A DNA stretch of 63,937 bases, counting the filler, from an uncultured bacterium (lineage in GTDB: Bacteria > Latescibacterota > UBA2968): the NCBI GenBank assembly GCA_964471275.1. It is 12 parts of 12 records of this genome, joined end to end, with 100 filler letters (N's around TTAATTAATTAA, not from the genome) between each part and the next. Parts side by side here need not be neighbours in the genome. Positions count along the whole stretch, not along the records: positions 60,185 to 63,937 come from CAYYGZ010000328.1; 11 more parts are not named here. One strand, written 5' to 3'. Positions 63,598 to 63,937 of the stretch are shown here, one piece after another. The notes under the pieces were generated by a model. That model had not been told where the DNA came from. It did no database searches and saw nothing but the letters and a program-made list of their open reading frames with translations. The position numbers and the translations under genes are program-made. Positions within the stretch are counted from its first letter, which is position 1. Each line of letters starts with the position of its first letter.

Positions 63598-63937
63598 TTG
63601 ACTGACATTGCTAATCGACGCGAACTCTTTGTCGACACCCACCTGATCGAACGTCTCACCGGCCACATCCACCAGCATCTTCACGAGCCGGTTGATAGAG
63701 GGATCGCGCTGGACCACGATGCGTCGTGGGAAGGAACCACCTGCGGCTACAACACAACGTTTCAGGACGGGAATCGCTTCCGGATGTACTACCGTGGCTG
63801 GAATCTCGACGAGAACAAGAGGAGGGAAGATTATGTAGCTTGTTGCTGTGTCGCGGAGAGCGACGATGGGATCGCCTGGCAGAAACCGAATCTCGGCCTG
63901 ATCGAACGTGACGGATCAACGAATAACAACATCATCA
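63598..63937 (+). CDS. Hypothetical beta-propeller glycosidase-like protein (runs off the window)
   Basis: Manual translation RRELFVD..LIE...WEG..FRMYYRG..AESDDGIAWQKPNLGLIE; open to the window end. Confidence 0.7.
   Translation, partial: MTDIANRRELFVDTHLIERLTGHIHQHLHEPVDRGIALDHDASWEGTTCGYNTTFQDGNRFRMYYRGWNLDENKRREDYVACCCVAESDDGIAWQKPNLGLIERDGSTNNNII

Noticed and set aside
1..63937. tRNA, rRNA or known riboswitch genes
   Set aside because: None recognised by eye; tRNAscan-SE and an Rfam search would be needed to exclude them.

Overview
This window is not continuous chromosome. It holds 12 short contigs joined by eleven identical 100-bp N spacers containing TTAATTAATTAA; the ten internal contigs fall steadily from 5477 to 5132 bp, so gene adjacency across spacers is meaningless. 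It is a GC-rich diderm bacterium, probably a metagenome bin; the gene content suggests Ca. Latescibacterota, but that is inference only. Housekeeping loci include lptF/lptG, cox1/3/4 with ctaA/ctaB, nfeD-floA, rnhA, ino1 with a divergent LysR, aroF-tyrA-aroA-like-aroE-ubiE, sdhCAB and recF-DUF721-gyrB-gyrA. Catabolic genes include two PhyH dioxygenases, a sialidase-like protein, two Ldh_2 oxidoreductases, GGT, an SDR and a DUF2961 protein. The best leads are: (1) a full-length EPSP-synthase homolog that has lost most active-site residues, followed by an unannotated 46-aa membrane ORF; (2) two colinear 319-bp structured non-coding repeats flanking a 2.4-kb segment, with a related nested palindrome elsewhere; (3) a single in-frame TAG in lptF; (4) an MMPL / duplicated-motif membrane protein / GMC / Gfo-Idh-MocA operon; (5) many pseudogenes eroded by internal deletion, plus an IS3-type remnant.
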